The translations under genes were made by a program, and so were the position numbers. The notes beneath the pieces are model-generated. The model searched no databases. It was given only the letters and a program-made list of their open reading frames with translations, and was not told where the DNA came from. A stretch of 20,000 nucleotides of DNA from an uncultured virus (IMG/VR IMGVR_UViG_3300009157_000020) (lineage: Duplodnaviria; Heunggongvirae; Uroviricota; Caudoviricetes), in the IMG/VR virus record IMGVR_UViG_3300009157_000020; one strand, written 5' to 3'. Of the stretch, positions 1 through 7,763 are shown one piece after another (within the stretch, counting starts at the first letter, position 1; each line of letters begins with the position of its first letter).

Positions 1-35
1 TCTTCGTCGTCGTTCGTGAACGTGCGTACGTGAAT

Positions 36-461
36 TCATCCCGTGTCGTCGAGGCTCTGCATGAGCCCGAGTTCGATGGCGCGTTGGTAGTCGCGCTGCC
101 GCTTGCGTGTACGTCGAGCCGAGCCAGCATTGCCCTGGCTGCGGTTCTGAGCTTCCAAGTAGGTCGTGAGCACGACGAAGTGCTTGTCGCCGGTCTGTAC
201 GTGGATCACCGCTGGGTTGGGCTTGGCCATCAGTTTGGCCAAGTACCGCTCGACCCATTCGACATCGTCGCAACCGATGAGCATCGCGATGCCCCGATGG
301 AGATCTCCACCAACGATCGCGGGAAGTTCGAGCACACCGGCGTAATCGGCAACGAGTTCCAAGCGCTGGTACAGACACTGCGCGAAGAATCCCCAAAGCG
401 ATGCCATCGGGTGCACATCACGGAACGCCCGGATGTACGGGTTGTTCTCGTACCAGGACAT
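36..461 (-). CDS. Hypothetical protein (141 aa from ATG 461; alternative GTG start 497), possibly resembling the N-terminal domain of phage replication initiators
   Basis: Coherent ORF divergent from the primase; helical core followed by a basic ARRTRKRQR segment as in phage replisome-organiser-type proteins; its stop overlaps an ATG at 39 (ATGA) that may start a gene running off the window. Function is a guess. Confidence 0.6.
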   Translation of the reverse strand: MSWYENNPYIRAFRDVHPMASLWGFFAQCLYQRLELVADYAGVLELPAIVGGDLHRGIAMLIGCDDVEWVERYLAKLMAKPNPAVIHVQTGDKHFVVLTTYLEAQNRSQGNAGSARRTRKRQRDYQRAIELGLMQSLDDTG

Positions 462-481
462 TGCTCGATTGCTCGAAAACT

Positions 482-511
482 CGTCTACCGTGAACACCCG
501 AGATCCGTCAA
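482..511 (-). promoter_or_regulatory. Possible sigma70-like promoter for the 36..461 gene
   Basis: Minus strand TTGACG (511-506), 18-nt spacer, TAGACG (487-482); the -10 is imperfect. Confidence 0.3.
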
Positions 512-618
512 CACTTTTCTTTCGATGGCGTCATGAAAATGATCTGAGCGTCGAAAATATTGAACGCACGACATGAAAATGGCACCGTGACGTTCCCTCG
601 ACCCGGACCTCGACCTCG

Positions 619-3345
619 ATGCCGTACACCAAGTTCGAAGCGCTCTACGCAACGACACCCATCGTCATCGAATACTTCGACGAGCTCTGCACCGAGCTCT
701 GCGAACCGGTCATCACACCGGACAAGTACGCCGCTTGGATGTACAGCGCGGCTGTCTTCATTCCTGGAACGACGCGAGCCAACGCCAACGTCCTCTACTG
801 CTCGATGTTCATTGCGGACATCGACAAGTCCCCCGAAGAGCACGTCTCGGAACTCGTGGACTTCGTCGATGAAGCGCAGACCCGCTGCGTTTTTCATACA
901 ACGCACAGCAACGCCGAAGGTCAGAAAGAGGGCAAGTTCAAGTGCCGGTTCCTGTTCCCGGCATCCCGCAACATCGAGCCGTACGAATGGGACCAGGCGT
1001 GGCGTGGCTTCGAGGTGTTCGTCAAACAGGCCTCAGGCTGCACGCTCGACCCACAGTGTCGAGACCCGTCGCACGCCTACTTCGCCCCATCCGCATCCTC
1101 TATAGATGAAGTCGCGGTCCAGGTCTTCGAAGGCGAGCCCATCGACGTCGACATGTTGCTGGACCTCGCACCCCCGCGCGCCAGCAAGAGCGAGCCGACG
1201 TTCGAGAAGCCCTCCGAGGAGCTCCTCAAGCGCGTCGAGCCGTCAGTCCGCTACCGGATGGCCAAGCGGCTCATCGAAGTGATGCCGCCGGCGATCGAGG
1301 GCCAAGGCGGCGATCGACAGACACTACTCGCCGCGTACGTCGGCCACGACTACGCGCTGCCACCGGAAGACTTCTGGCCGCTGCTGTTGGAGTTCAACAA
1401 GAGATGTCGTCCACCGTGGTCCGAAGCAGACCTGCGGAAGAAGCTGGAGAACGCCTACAAGTACAGCCATCTCCCCGCAGGTTGGCGGCTCGTCGGTGCC
1501 GGTCAAGACGACGTCATCGAGGTCGAAGACGTCGAGAAGCTCATCCGCCGTCTGCTCAAGGTCGAGCACACAGCCCCTACCGGACGCGTCCTTCGATCGA
1601 TGCTCTCGGGTGAAAAGCTCGTCGTCAACGACCCGGTGCAGACTCTGGAGCGCGTCGGCAAGGTGCTCGGGAAGAACTTCCCCCACGCACCTGCGAGCCA
1701 ACTCGCCACACTCTTCTCTGACTGCGTCGACGCAACGTCGGAGGACGACAAGGAGAAGAAGTACCGCAACGTGACGGTCGGCGCGTTGATGATGCACATC
1801 CGTGAAGCTCAAGAAGAGCTCCAGGCGTTCAACACCGCCAACCGCCTCCAGATCCACGACACCCTCGCCAACAAATACTTCGCTGCGTTCCGTGGCATCG
1901 GCGAGACGCGGATTGTCCCGTACAGCGACGACGAACTCCTCAAGATGCGCAAGAAGTTCGATCGCGCAGCGCAGCTCGATCAGTCCTGGATCGTTCGCTA
2001 CGGCGAGTCCTACTACTTCAGAGTGCTCGAACAGTACGTCGGCCCGTTTGGTCGCGATGCCTGGAACGCAGCCTCGACGTTCCTCGCCCCCGTACCGAAC
2101 ATCTCGCTCTACGAGTACACGCCGACCGGCAAACGAGCCCGCTCGATGAACAGCTTGGTCGAGGAGTACGGCATGGTCGCGCTCAAGGTCGTGGTCGACA
2201 TGACCAAGCAGATCGCCGAGTTCGACCAAGCTGCGCTCTCGATGACCGAGGCGCCTTGCCCGATCCGCAAAGACCTCAAGGCCGAGTACAACGATCACGT
2301 CAACACGTGGCTGCGGTTGCTCGCCAACGAGGACAGCGTCTACTACGAGAAGCTGCTCGACTGGCTCGCGAGCGTGCTCGTGCTCGACCAACCCACGGCC
2401 GCCCTCGTGCTCTACGGCAAGGCGCAGACGGGCAAGACGTTGATGGGCTTTGCGCTCTCGCGGCTGTTTTGCCACGACGGACCCACCGAGGTGGAGGACG
2501 TCTCTGGCAACTTCAACTCCAAGCTCGTTGGCTGCCCGATCGTGCTTGCCGACGAGACCGTTCCAAAGGACGGGCGAGATCCGAACACCAAGCTCCTGCG
2601 CAAGCTCATCACGGCGCACAGCCGCACGCTCAAGCGCAAGTTCATCCCCGACTCGGACGTCAAGGGGTGCCTTCGGTTGGTGATGACGGCGAACAACCTC
2701 GAAGGGCTGATCTCGTTCGAGAACATCAACGAAGACGACATCGAAGCGTTGTGTGAACGCTTCTTGCTCATCCGCATCGCGACGCACAAGCCCAAGGAGT
2801 TCCTCGACTCGCTGTCGAAGAAGGACCGCCAGGCCATCACCCACGGCGACGCGATCCCCAACCACGTGCTGTGGCTGCGGGACAACCGTACGATCGAGCA
2901 CTGGGGCTCACGCTGCATCGTCGAGGGCTTCCAGGACAGCGAGCTCGCCGAGGCGCTGCGCAGCGGCACGGGCATCCGACCCGAAGTCATCGAGTTCATC
3001 GCGAACTGGGTGACAGGTCGACGGATGCAGAAGCAGAACCATCAGCCGCTCGTGCACCAACTACCGAGCGGGGAGATGGCGTTGCTCATGACCTCCAAGA
3101 CTCTGAAGGAACATTGGAAGGCCATCATGGATGACGACCCTCCGAAGATGAAGCTGCTCTCCCGAGCTCTGCAAGCTCTTTCCGTCGAGATGATGCGCGT
3201 GCAGACGCGGAACTACTGGCGCATCGATCTCGAAGCCGTGCGGCGTTTCGCGACGCAACAGCAGGGCTTCGACCAAGACGAGTTCGACAGCGGGTTGCGC
3301 AACCTCGGGTTGATCCCGGCGTTGGCGATCACGCCGATGAAGTAG
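619..3345 (+). CDS. Primase-polymerase (AEP) / PriCT / SF3 helicase fusion, NrS-1-polymerase-like (DUF5906-type helicase), 908 aa
   Basis: N-terminal AEP motifs FIADID, FHTTHS, KCRFLFP, LDPQCRDPSHAYF; PriCT-like PPAIEGQGGD...FNKRCRPPWSEADLRKKLENA; C-terminal Walker A GKAQTGKT, Walker B IVLADE, SF3 motif C VMTANN. Confidence 0.9.
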   Translation: MPYTKFEALYATTPIVIEYFDELCTELCEPVITPDKYAAWMYSAAVFIPGTTRANANVLYCSMFIADIDKSPEEHVSELVDFVDEAQTRCVFHTTHSNAEGQKEGKFKCRFLFPASRNIEPYEWDQAWRGFEVFVKQASGCTLDPQCRDPSHAYFAPSASSIDEVAVQVFEGEPIDVDMLLDLAPPRASKSEPTFEKPSEELLKRVEPSVRYRMAKRLIEVMPPAIEGQGGDRQTLLAAYVGHDYALPPEDFWPLLLEFNKRCRPPWSEADLRKKLENAYKYSHLPAGWRLVGAGQDDVIEVEDVEKLIRRLLKVEHTAPTGRVLRSMLSGEKLVVNDPVQTLERVGKVLGKNFPHAPASQLATLFSDCVDATSEDDKEKKYRNVTVGALMMHIREAQEELQAFNTANRLQIHDTLANKYFAAFRGIGETRIVPYSDDELLKMRKKFDRAAQLDQSWIVRYGESYYFRVLEQYVGPFGRDAWNAASTFLAPVPNISLYEYTPTGKRARSMNSLVEEYGMVALKVVVDMTKQIAEFDQAALSMTEAPCPIRKDLKAEYNDHVNTWLRLLANEDSVYYEKLLDWLASVLVLDQPTAALVLYGKAQTGKTLMGFALSRLFCHDGPTEVEDVSGNFNSKLVGCPIVLADETVPKDGRDPNTKLLRKLITAHSRTLKRKFIPDSDVKGCLRLVMTANNLEGLISFENINEDDIEALCERFLLIRIATHKPKEFLDSLSKKDRQAITHGDAIPNHVLWLRDNRTIEHWGSRCIVEGFQDSELAEALRSGTGIRPEVIEFIANWVTGRRMQKQNHQPLVHQLPSGEMALLMTSKTLKEHWKAIMDDDPPKMKLLSRALQALSVEMMRVQTRNYWRIDLEAVRRFATQQQGFDQDEFDSGLRNLGLIPALAITPMK

Positions 3346-3349
3346 ATCT

Positions 3350-3365
3350 CGGAAACGATTTCTAC
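3350..3365. promoter_or_regulatory. GAAA-N3-TTTC palindromic box between two convergent stop codons
   Basis: CGGAAACGATTTCTAC. 3350-3363 is the exact reverse complement of 6440-6453, and minus-strand GTAGAAATCGTTTC (3365-3352) is identical to 8488-8501. Confidence 0.6.
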
Positions 3366-3847
3366 TCCTTACCGAGTCGGAACACTGGAATCTGCTGCTC
3401 TTTCCACAAGCCTTCATCCTCTTGAAGGCATTCGTCACAAACAGGAGCGAGTACAGACACGTACTTGTCTTCTCGCGTAACCGGGTGGGTCATGAGTTTG
3501 ATCGTGCATGAAACTGCAACTGGTACCCTGTCTGGGTGATCCATGCACTTTGTCGCATCGACTTCAACCAGCATTTGAGGAGCAGTTGTCCACATCTTCG
3601 GAAGTTCAGGCTGATGGTACCAATGAAAACTACCGATGTTGTGAGATACGAGCCATTGAGCTCCATCGGGGCGCAAGCACACGTAGGCAAACGTTCGTTT
3701 TTGTCTCTTCAACCTGTCAATCTTCCTTTGATCCTCGACAGACAAAAACAGCATGTAACTTCTTCGCCCTTGGTCATTAGACTCTGTTGTCAGATCTTGT
3801 TGACGAGCTTCTCGTCTTGCCTTCTTGATTCGTCCTCTACGGCTCAT
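3362..3847 (-). CDS. Hypothetical protein, 161 aa, basic N-terminus, C..H and CxxC residues (possible metal binding)
   Basis: ATG 3847 overlaps the upstream stop (ATGA); MSRRGRIKKARR..., CMDH, VCDEC; visibly lower GC than the flanking genes. Confidence 0.7.
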   Translation of the reverse strand: MSRRGRIKKARREARQQDLTTESNDQGRRSYMLFLSVEDQRKIDRLKRQKRTFAYVCLRPDGAQWLVSHNIGSFHWYHQPELPKMWTTAPQMLVEVDATKCMDHPDRVPVAVSCTIKLMTHPVTREDKYVSVLAPVCDECLQEDEGLWKEQQIPVFRLGKE

Positions 3848-4074
3848 GTGATGGTCCTCTTTCGCGACAACGCAGCGTTCCAATCCACGTTTCTTGCAAA
3901 CACAGATTCTTTGAAGCTCTCACCTCTGTCCGCAAGTTCGACGAGACGCTGCACAACAGAAGACAGTTTTTCATCTTCCACTCTCGTCGCAAGATTTTGC
4001 GGAGTAATCCCCGCTTTTCCGACTGCTGCCAGCAGTTCGACAACGTTGAGAACCAATCTTTCGTCCCTGGTCAT
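3844..4074 (-). CDS. Small hypothetical protein, 76 aa, possibly HTH-like
   Basis: ATG 4074 preceded by purine-rich AGGGGAAACAAGGAGA just after the helicase stop; helical pattern GITPQNLATRV...LSSVVQRLVEL. Confidence 0.65.
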   Translation of the reverse strand: MTRDERLVLNVVELLAAVGKAGITPQNLATRVEDEKLSSVVQRLVELADRGESFKESVFARNVDWNAALSRKRTIT

Positions 4075-4091
4075 TCTCCTTGTTTCCCCTT

Positions 4092-6434
4092 TCACTCCCG
4101 CACGAGCACGAGTCTCGTCTTCGCCCGAGTCACGGCCACGTACGCCAGATTGTGCTCCTGCTGCAGCATCCACGCCTGCTTAGCCTCCGCTTCGAAGAGG
4201 CGTTTGGGTTCGAGGATGAACACGGTACCCGCTTCGAGGCCCTTGGCCTTGTGCACCGAGCTGAAGACGACGCTCGACCGCTTGTCGTTGAACAACGCCT
4301 TGATCGTCTCACGCAGCTCATCGAAGCTGCCAACATCCGAGCAGTCGTAGATGACCTTCACGCACTCGACCTGGTCGTTGAGTGATGTGACGGCTTCCTT
4401 GACCGCGTCCTCGTCTTCGTTGGTGGTCCGGATCCTCGCTTCTTCTTGTTCGCGCCAGCGCTCCAAGCCGTCGAAGAGTTGGTCGAACGACCGCGTCTTG
4501 TACTGCACCATGTAGACGATGTCGGCGAGGGCTTCACCGATCTCACTGCCGAGCACGGTGGATGAGATGCCTCGGCGGATCAACGCGAAGCACGTGCGCA
4601 CGAGCGGGGCGTTGACGCGGCAGAGCACCATGTCACCTTCAGCGACCTGCTCGAAGAAGTCATCGTACGATACTTCGTCCACGCTTCCCTCCGGCGCACC
4701 TGGTGCGGCCTCGATGTTGGGGCAGTACATCTGAGCGCGCTCGATGATGGACGTGGCGCAGCGGTAGCAGACCGACAGCGGGAGGTGGTTGTCGACGTTG
4801 TCGACGATGTTCTGGAAGCTCTGGTAGTCCGAGCCCGCGAAGCCAAAGACCGCTTGGCAATTGTGCGTGAGCAGCCCATCTGCGACGTAGAGCTCGTACT
4901 TGTCGACGTCCATCGAGTAGACAAATCCCTTGTATGTCTCGCGAGACACCTCTGCTCGGCACCACTGCTTCACGGTGTATTGAGTCTTGCTTCTGTTCTC
5001 GTACATCAACAGTTCTACGCCGTCGATCAAGTTAGCTGCACGAATCACGATCGGTCTTTTCAAAGAATATTGTCGTCCGTCACGTCCAGTCAAAGCGTGG
5101 TCACGTTTCTGTTCCGATTTCGTAAAATCGAACAGTGGGTACTGGAGCACTTGCCCAACACTGCGAAGAAGTTCTTCAGCACGAGTCTCGTTAGCTCCAA
5201 TACCTTCCCACATGCGATCTAGAATCGCTCCGTACTTCTCGGTGTTGTACGTGGTGTCCTCGAAGCGAAGCTGTGGGATGCCGAACTTCCCGGAAAAGAT
5301 CTGCTCTGTCTCCCACGCTTCAAGTTTCGTCTCGAACACTCGAAGGATCCATAGAGCGTCAGCTCTTTCAGAACGAGCTCGCGCGACCGGCCCGCTACTA
5401 GCACCGTAGTCCATGCTGCACTTCCCTACCCGGAACTGATCGCCGCGACGCTGCAAATAGACGCACCACTTCCCTCGAAGCCCCGAGAACCGCACCACAC
5501 ACCGATGGTTCGGCGTGTAGCGACTGACGCGATCACCTACGCGAACCACGATCATGTCCCCCGAGTAGCGGCGTTTGGTGATCCCCTTCACTCGCTTGCC
5601 CTTCTGGATGAAGGCGGACGAGGCCATGTCGCATGACACGACGAGATCTCCTTTGCGAAGCTTTTCGATCGGAACATCTCCAGCGGGGGTTGCGACCATC
5701 GTCCCTGGAGGTTGACAGGGATCTCCGACGAAGATCGCCCGACCACCAGTTGCGAGACTCGCCCGCGCGATGTAGTGCTGCGCTCGGTTCAAGTCTTGGC
5801 ACTCGTCGATGAAGACCCACGGGAACTCCCGCACCGCGAGCTTCTGCGAACCTGTCAGCCACACCATGTCGGGGTAGTCGACGACATCCCAGTTGTCGTG
5901 GCCCCACTCTGCGAGCTTGAGGATGATGCTGGCGAAATCGTGACTCCCGGCGCTGTAGATGAGGCTGTGGTGCTTGGCGAGCGCGACGATCTTCGAGCGG
6001 TAGTTCGGGCTGCCGAAGTCCATCAAGTTGAGCCGCGCCAACGTGAAGAGGCGCATGAGCGGCTTGAGGACCTCATACTTGCGGATCCCGAGCCGCTCCT
6101 TGAGGAAGCTCCAGTACTTCCCCTTGTTGAGCGTCGAGCCGCCCGATGCATCACGGACAGCCTCGAAGCCGACCGAGTACGTGCTGCGCACGAAGACGTT
6201 GCGCAGGTGCTTGAGGCGAGCGTCGAGCTCTCCCGTGATGGCGCGGCTGAACGAGGAGTAGAGCGCTTCTTTGCGCAGCAGACCAGCACACGCAACGATA
6301 CTGGTTGTTTTTCCACTGCCTGCAACTGCTTCGATGATCGCGCTGCCTTGACCCTTCTGGATGAACTCGAAGATGGCGTTCTGGTAGTGTGATGGCTCGT
6401 AGCTGAGTCGAAGCTGGCGTCGGAAGTTGGGCAT
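4092..6434 (-). CDS. UvrD/Rep-like superfamily 1 DNA helicase precursor containing an intein (780 aa precursor, 494 aa spliced)
   Basis: Q motif YQNAIF, Walker A AVAGSGKT, Walker B FIDECQD, motif III VGDP|CQAVFGFAG split by the intein, motif IV LSVCYRC, motif V SVHKAKGLE, motif VI YVAVTRAK. Confidence 0.93.
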   Translation of the reverse strand: MPNFRRQLRLSYEPSHYQNAIFEFIQKGQGSAIIEAVAGSGKTTSIVACAGLLRKEALYSSFSRAITGELDARLKHLRNVFVRSTYSVGFEAVRDASGGSTLNKGKYWSFLKERLGIRKYEVLKPLMRLFTLARLNLMDFGSPNYRSKIVALAKHHSLIYSAGSHDFASIILKLAEWGHDNWDVVDYPDMVWLTGSQKLAVREFPWVFIDECQDLNRAQHYIARASLATGGRAIFVGDPCQPPGTMVATPAGDVPIEKLRKGDLVVSCDMASSAFIQKGKRVKGITKRRYSGDMIVVRVGDRVSRYTPNHRCVVRFSGLRGKWCVYLQRRGDQFRVGKCSMDYGASSGPVARARSERADALWILRVFETKLEAWETEQIFSGKFGIPQLRFEDTTYNTEKYGAILDRMWEGIGANETRAEELLRSVGQVLQYPLFDFTKSEQKRDHALTGRDGRQYSLKRPIVIRAANLIDGVELLMYENRSKTQYTVKQWCRAEVSRETYKGFVYSMDVDKYELYVADGLLTHNCQAVFGFAGSDYQSFQNIVDNVDNHLPLSVCYRCATSIIERAQMYCPNIEAAPGAPEGSVDEVSYDDFFEQVAEGDMVLCRVNAPLVRTCFALIRRGISSTVLGSEIGEALADIVYMVQYKTRSFDQLFDGLERWREQEEARIRTTNEDEDAVKEAVTSLNDQVECVKVIYDCSDVGSFDELRETIKALFNDKRSSVVFSSVHKAKGLEAGTVFILEPKRLFEAEAKQAWMLQQEHNLAYVAVTRAKTRLVLVRE
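4860..5717 (-). mobile_element. Intein (286 aa) in helicase motif III
   Basis: Block A CQPPGTMVATPAGDVPIEKLRKGDLV, block B YTPNH, block F/G VYSMDVDKYELYVADGLLTHN, followed by +1 Cys; removing it restores VGDPCQAVFGFAG. Confidence 0.93.
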
Positions 6435-6439
6435 CGCGC

Positions 6440-6453
6440 AGAAATCGTTTCCG
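6440..6453. promoter_or_regulatory. GAAA-N3-TTTC palindromic box (candidate operator) between promoter and helicase ATG
   Basis: AGAAATCGTTTCCG, 5 bp upstream of ATG 6434. Confidence 0.6.
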
Positions 6454-6458
6454 CGACG

Positions 6459-6488
6459 AAGCTACCAGAAAAGTGCTCGGCGATCTAC
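6459..6488 (-). promoter_or_regulatory. Repeated promoter-like element, copy driving the helicase
   Basis: Minus strand GTAGATC-GCCGAGCACTTTTCTGG-TAGCTT: TAGATC, 17-nt spacer, TGn extended -10, TAGCTT; one mismatch over 27 nt to the copy at 9890. Confidence 0.7.
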
Positions 6489-6498
6489 ACTGGGCTCC

Positions 6499-6657
6499 AT
6501 GGGCTCCACTGCTTCTCGTGACCTCGAAACACCACCAAGGCCAACGCCAACGCGTTCCCACGTTCGCGATGGCGAACGCCGAGGTGACTTGTTGAGGTTG
6601 GAAGAAGAGATCTCCACTCGGATGCAGATACTCTGGTGCTCGATGCTCAACACGTGA
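6499..6657 (+). CDS. Possible small leaderless ORF, 52 aa
   Basis: TACACT (6486-6491) lies 7 nt before ATG 6499; fills an otherwise empty gap; no recognisable motif. Confidence 0.3.
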   Translation: MGSTASRDLETPPRPTPTRSHVRDGERRGDLLRLEEEISTRMQILWCSMLNT

Positions 6658-6750
6658 CGCCCCCGACACTCGACACGCGACGCTCGAACAGCCCCACGAA
6701 ACGAACCGTTTTAGAGGTATGTAGAGATAACTCTTGCGTCGACGCGCAAG

Positions 6751-6779
6751 TTGATCAACGCTCCACCCAGTTCTAGAAC
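6751..6779 (+). promoter_or_regulatory. Promoter-like TTGATC-N17-TAGAAC upstream of the winged-helix gene
   Basis: Same hexamers and spacing as the repeated element but an unrelated spacer; preceded by the CTTGCG-N6-CGCAAG inverted repeat (6733-6750). Confidence 0.55.
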
Positions 6780-6868
6780 ATGTGAAGAGATAACTTTCCA
6801 AGTCTTTGAAACCATTCAATTCACCTGTTATCGCCGCATCTGAATTCCCGCAGTTCTACTAAGGTGGA

Positions 6869-6881
6869 AGAAAAAATTTCT
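6869..6881. promoter_or_regulatory. AGAAA-N3-TTTCT palindromic box (candidate operator)
   Basis: AGAAAAAATTTCT within the longer imperfect palindrome GAAGAAAAAATTTCTCTTC; an AT-rich context makes a chance match possible. Confidence 0.4.
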
Positions 6882-6922
6882 CTTCTTCAATTTTTCTACC
6901 AGTTTGCCGGGTATCACTGACT

Positions 6923-7627
6923 ATGTATGTAGAAGAAACACTAGAAGATAAGGATTTCAAGAAGTTGGCGAGTTATCGCTTCACATATTTTTCCCCCGAG
7001 GGCTTTTTGATGCTCACGAAAGCACAAGCGCAGCAACGTCTCGGCTCGTTCTACCTCAGCATCTGGTTGCGTCTCGACGAGAACGGGGTGCTCAGTCTCG
7101 CCGAGCTTGCGAAGGTGTTGCCTCCGACACACGAGACACGTCGACTCGGGCATCGGATGCGCCTCGCTAATGCCTGTCATGACATGGCGACCAAGCGGCA
7201 GATCTACCGCGTCGGTCGTGGCCAATACGCGACAGCTCTGCAGACCAAACGACGACCGGAGCACTACACGTTCAAGGAGCAGTTGGCTCAGTACATCGAG
7301 CAACACGGTCGCGTGCAACTTCAGCAGATCGTCGCCGCCTGCGAAGCGATCGACAAGAGCCCGAGAGCTGTTCGCTCAGCACTCGAACGACTTCGCAAAC
7401 AAGGCCACATCAGCAAGGACGGCATGTACTGGTGCTGGATGGGTAACGTCGTGCAGCTCGCTCGACCTGCGAAGAAAACTATCGACGCGCACCGCAAGAA
7501 GCACTGGCCCGCAAAACCAGAGAGCGACGATGACCCCGAGACGTGGGACGACGATGACGACCGCTGGGATTGCAACGGCGAAGCGGACGAAGCACTTGAC
7601 GCGGAGGTGGCTTCCGATCAAGAGTGA
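6923..7627 (+). CDS. Putative tandem winged-helix DNA-binding protein with acidic tail (true start may be ATG 7010)
   Basis: Two wHTH-like units: LSLAELAKVL...LANACHDMATKRQIYRVGRGQY and VQLQQIVAAC...SPRAVRSALERLRKQGHISKDGMYW; D/E-rich C-terminus. Confidence 0.75.
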   Translation: MYVEETLEDKDFKKLASYRFTYFSPEGFLMLTKAQAQQRLGSFYLSIWLRLDENGVLSLAELAKVLPPTHETRRLGHRMRLANACHDMATKRQIYRVGRGQYATALQTKRRPEHYTFKEQLAQYIEQHGRVQLQQIVAACEAIDKSPRAVRSALERLRKQGHISKDGMYWCWMGNVVQLARPAKKTIDAHRKKHWPAKPESDDDPETWDDDDDRWDCNGEADEALDAEVASDQE

Positions 7628-7631
7628 CGGA

Positions 7632-7746
7632 GCCCGAAAGAGGAGCCCGTGTTCGCACGGTGGGCCTCGACTAGGACCCGACGTTGGTACGGCTGAGGTT
7701 TGGAGTCGCGCGTCGGGAGAAAGCGGTCCAGAGCCTCGCCGCTTTC
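7632..7746 (+). other. Structured intergenic region with three consecutive stem-loops (candidate cis-regulatory RNA/ncRNA or terminator)
   Basis: CCGTG-TTCG-CACGG (7647-7660), CCCGACG/CGTCGGG (7677-7683/7711-7717), GAAAGCGG/CCGCTTTC (7719-7726/7739-7746). Confidence 0.4.
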
Positions 7747-7763
7747 ACCTGAACGAACACGAG

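Noticed and set aside
500..528. Fifth full promoter copy on the plus strand
   Set aside because: It shares AGATC and CACTTTTCT, but no -10 hexamer lies at the 17-nt position; kept only as a degenerate match.
1324..2901. 525-aa minus-strand ORF (and other long antisense ORFs such as 11256..12362, 17129..18349, 5712..6392)
   Set aside because: Shadow frames of GC3-biased real genes on the opposite strand; no motifs, and they fully overlap well-supported CDSs.
6151..6819. 222-aa minus-strand ORF and 63-aa ORF 6462..6653
   Set aside because: They run through promoter/operator elements, the longer one overlaps the helicase out of frame, and neither has typical codon usage or motifs.
7632..7746. 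Hammerhead ribozyme or tRNA
   Set aside because: No CUGANGA core paired with GAAA in the right arrangement, and no cloverleaf or T-loop consensus.
7107..7763. Long 5' extensions in the ORF track (7107, 13074, 15146, 15826, 17171, 17560)
   Set aside because: They overlap upstream genes; internal starts with an RBS or ATGA/GTGA coupling fit better.
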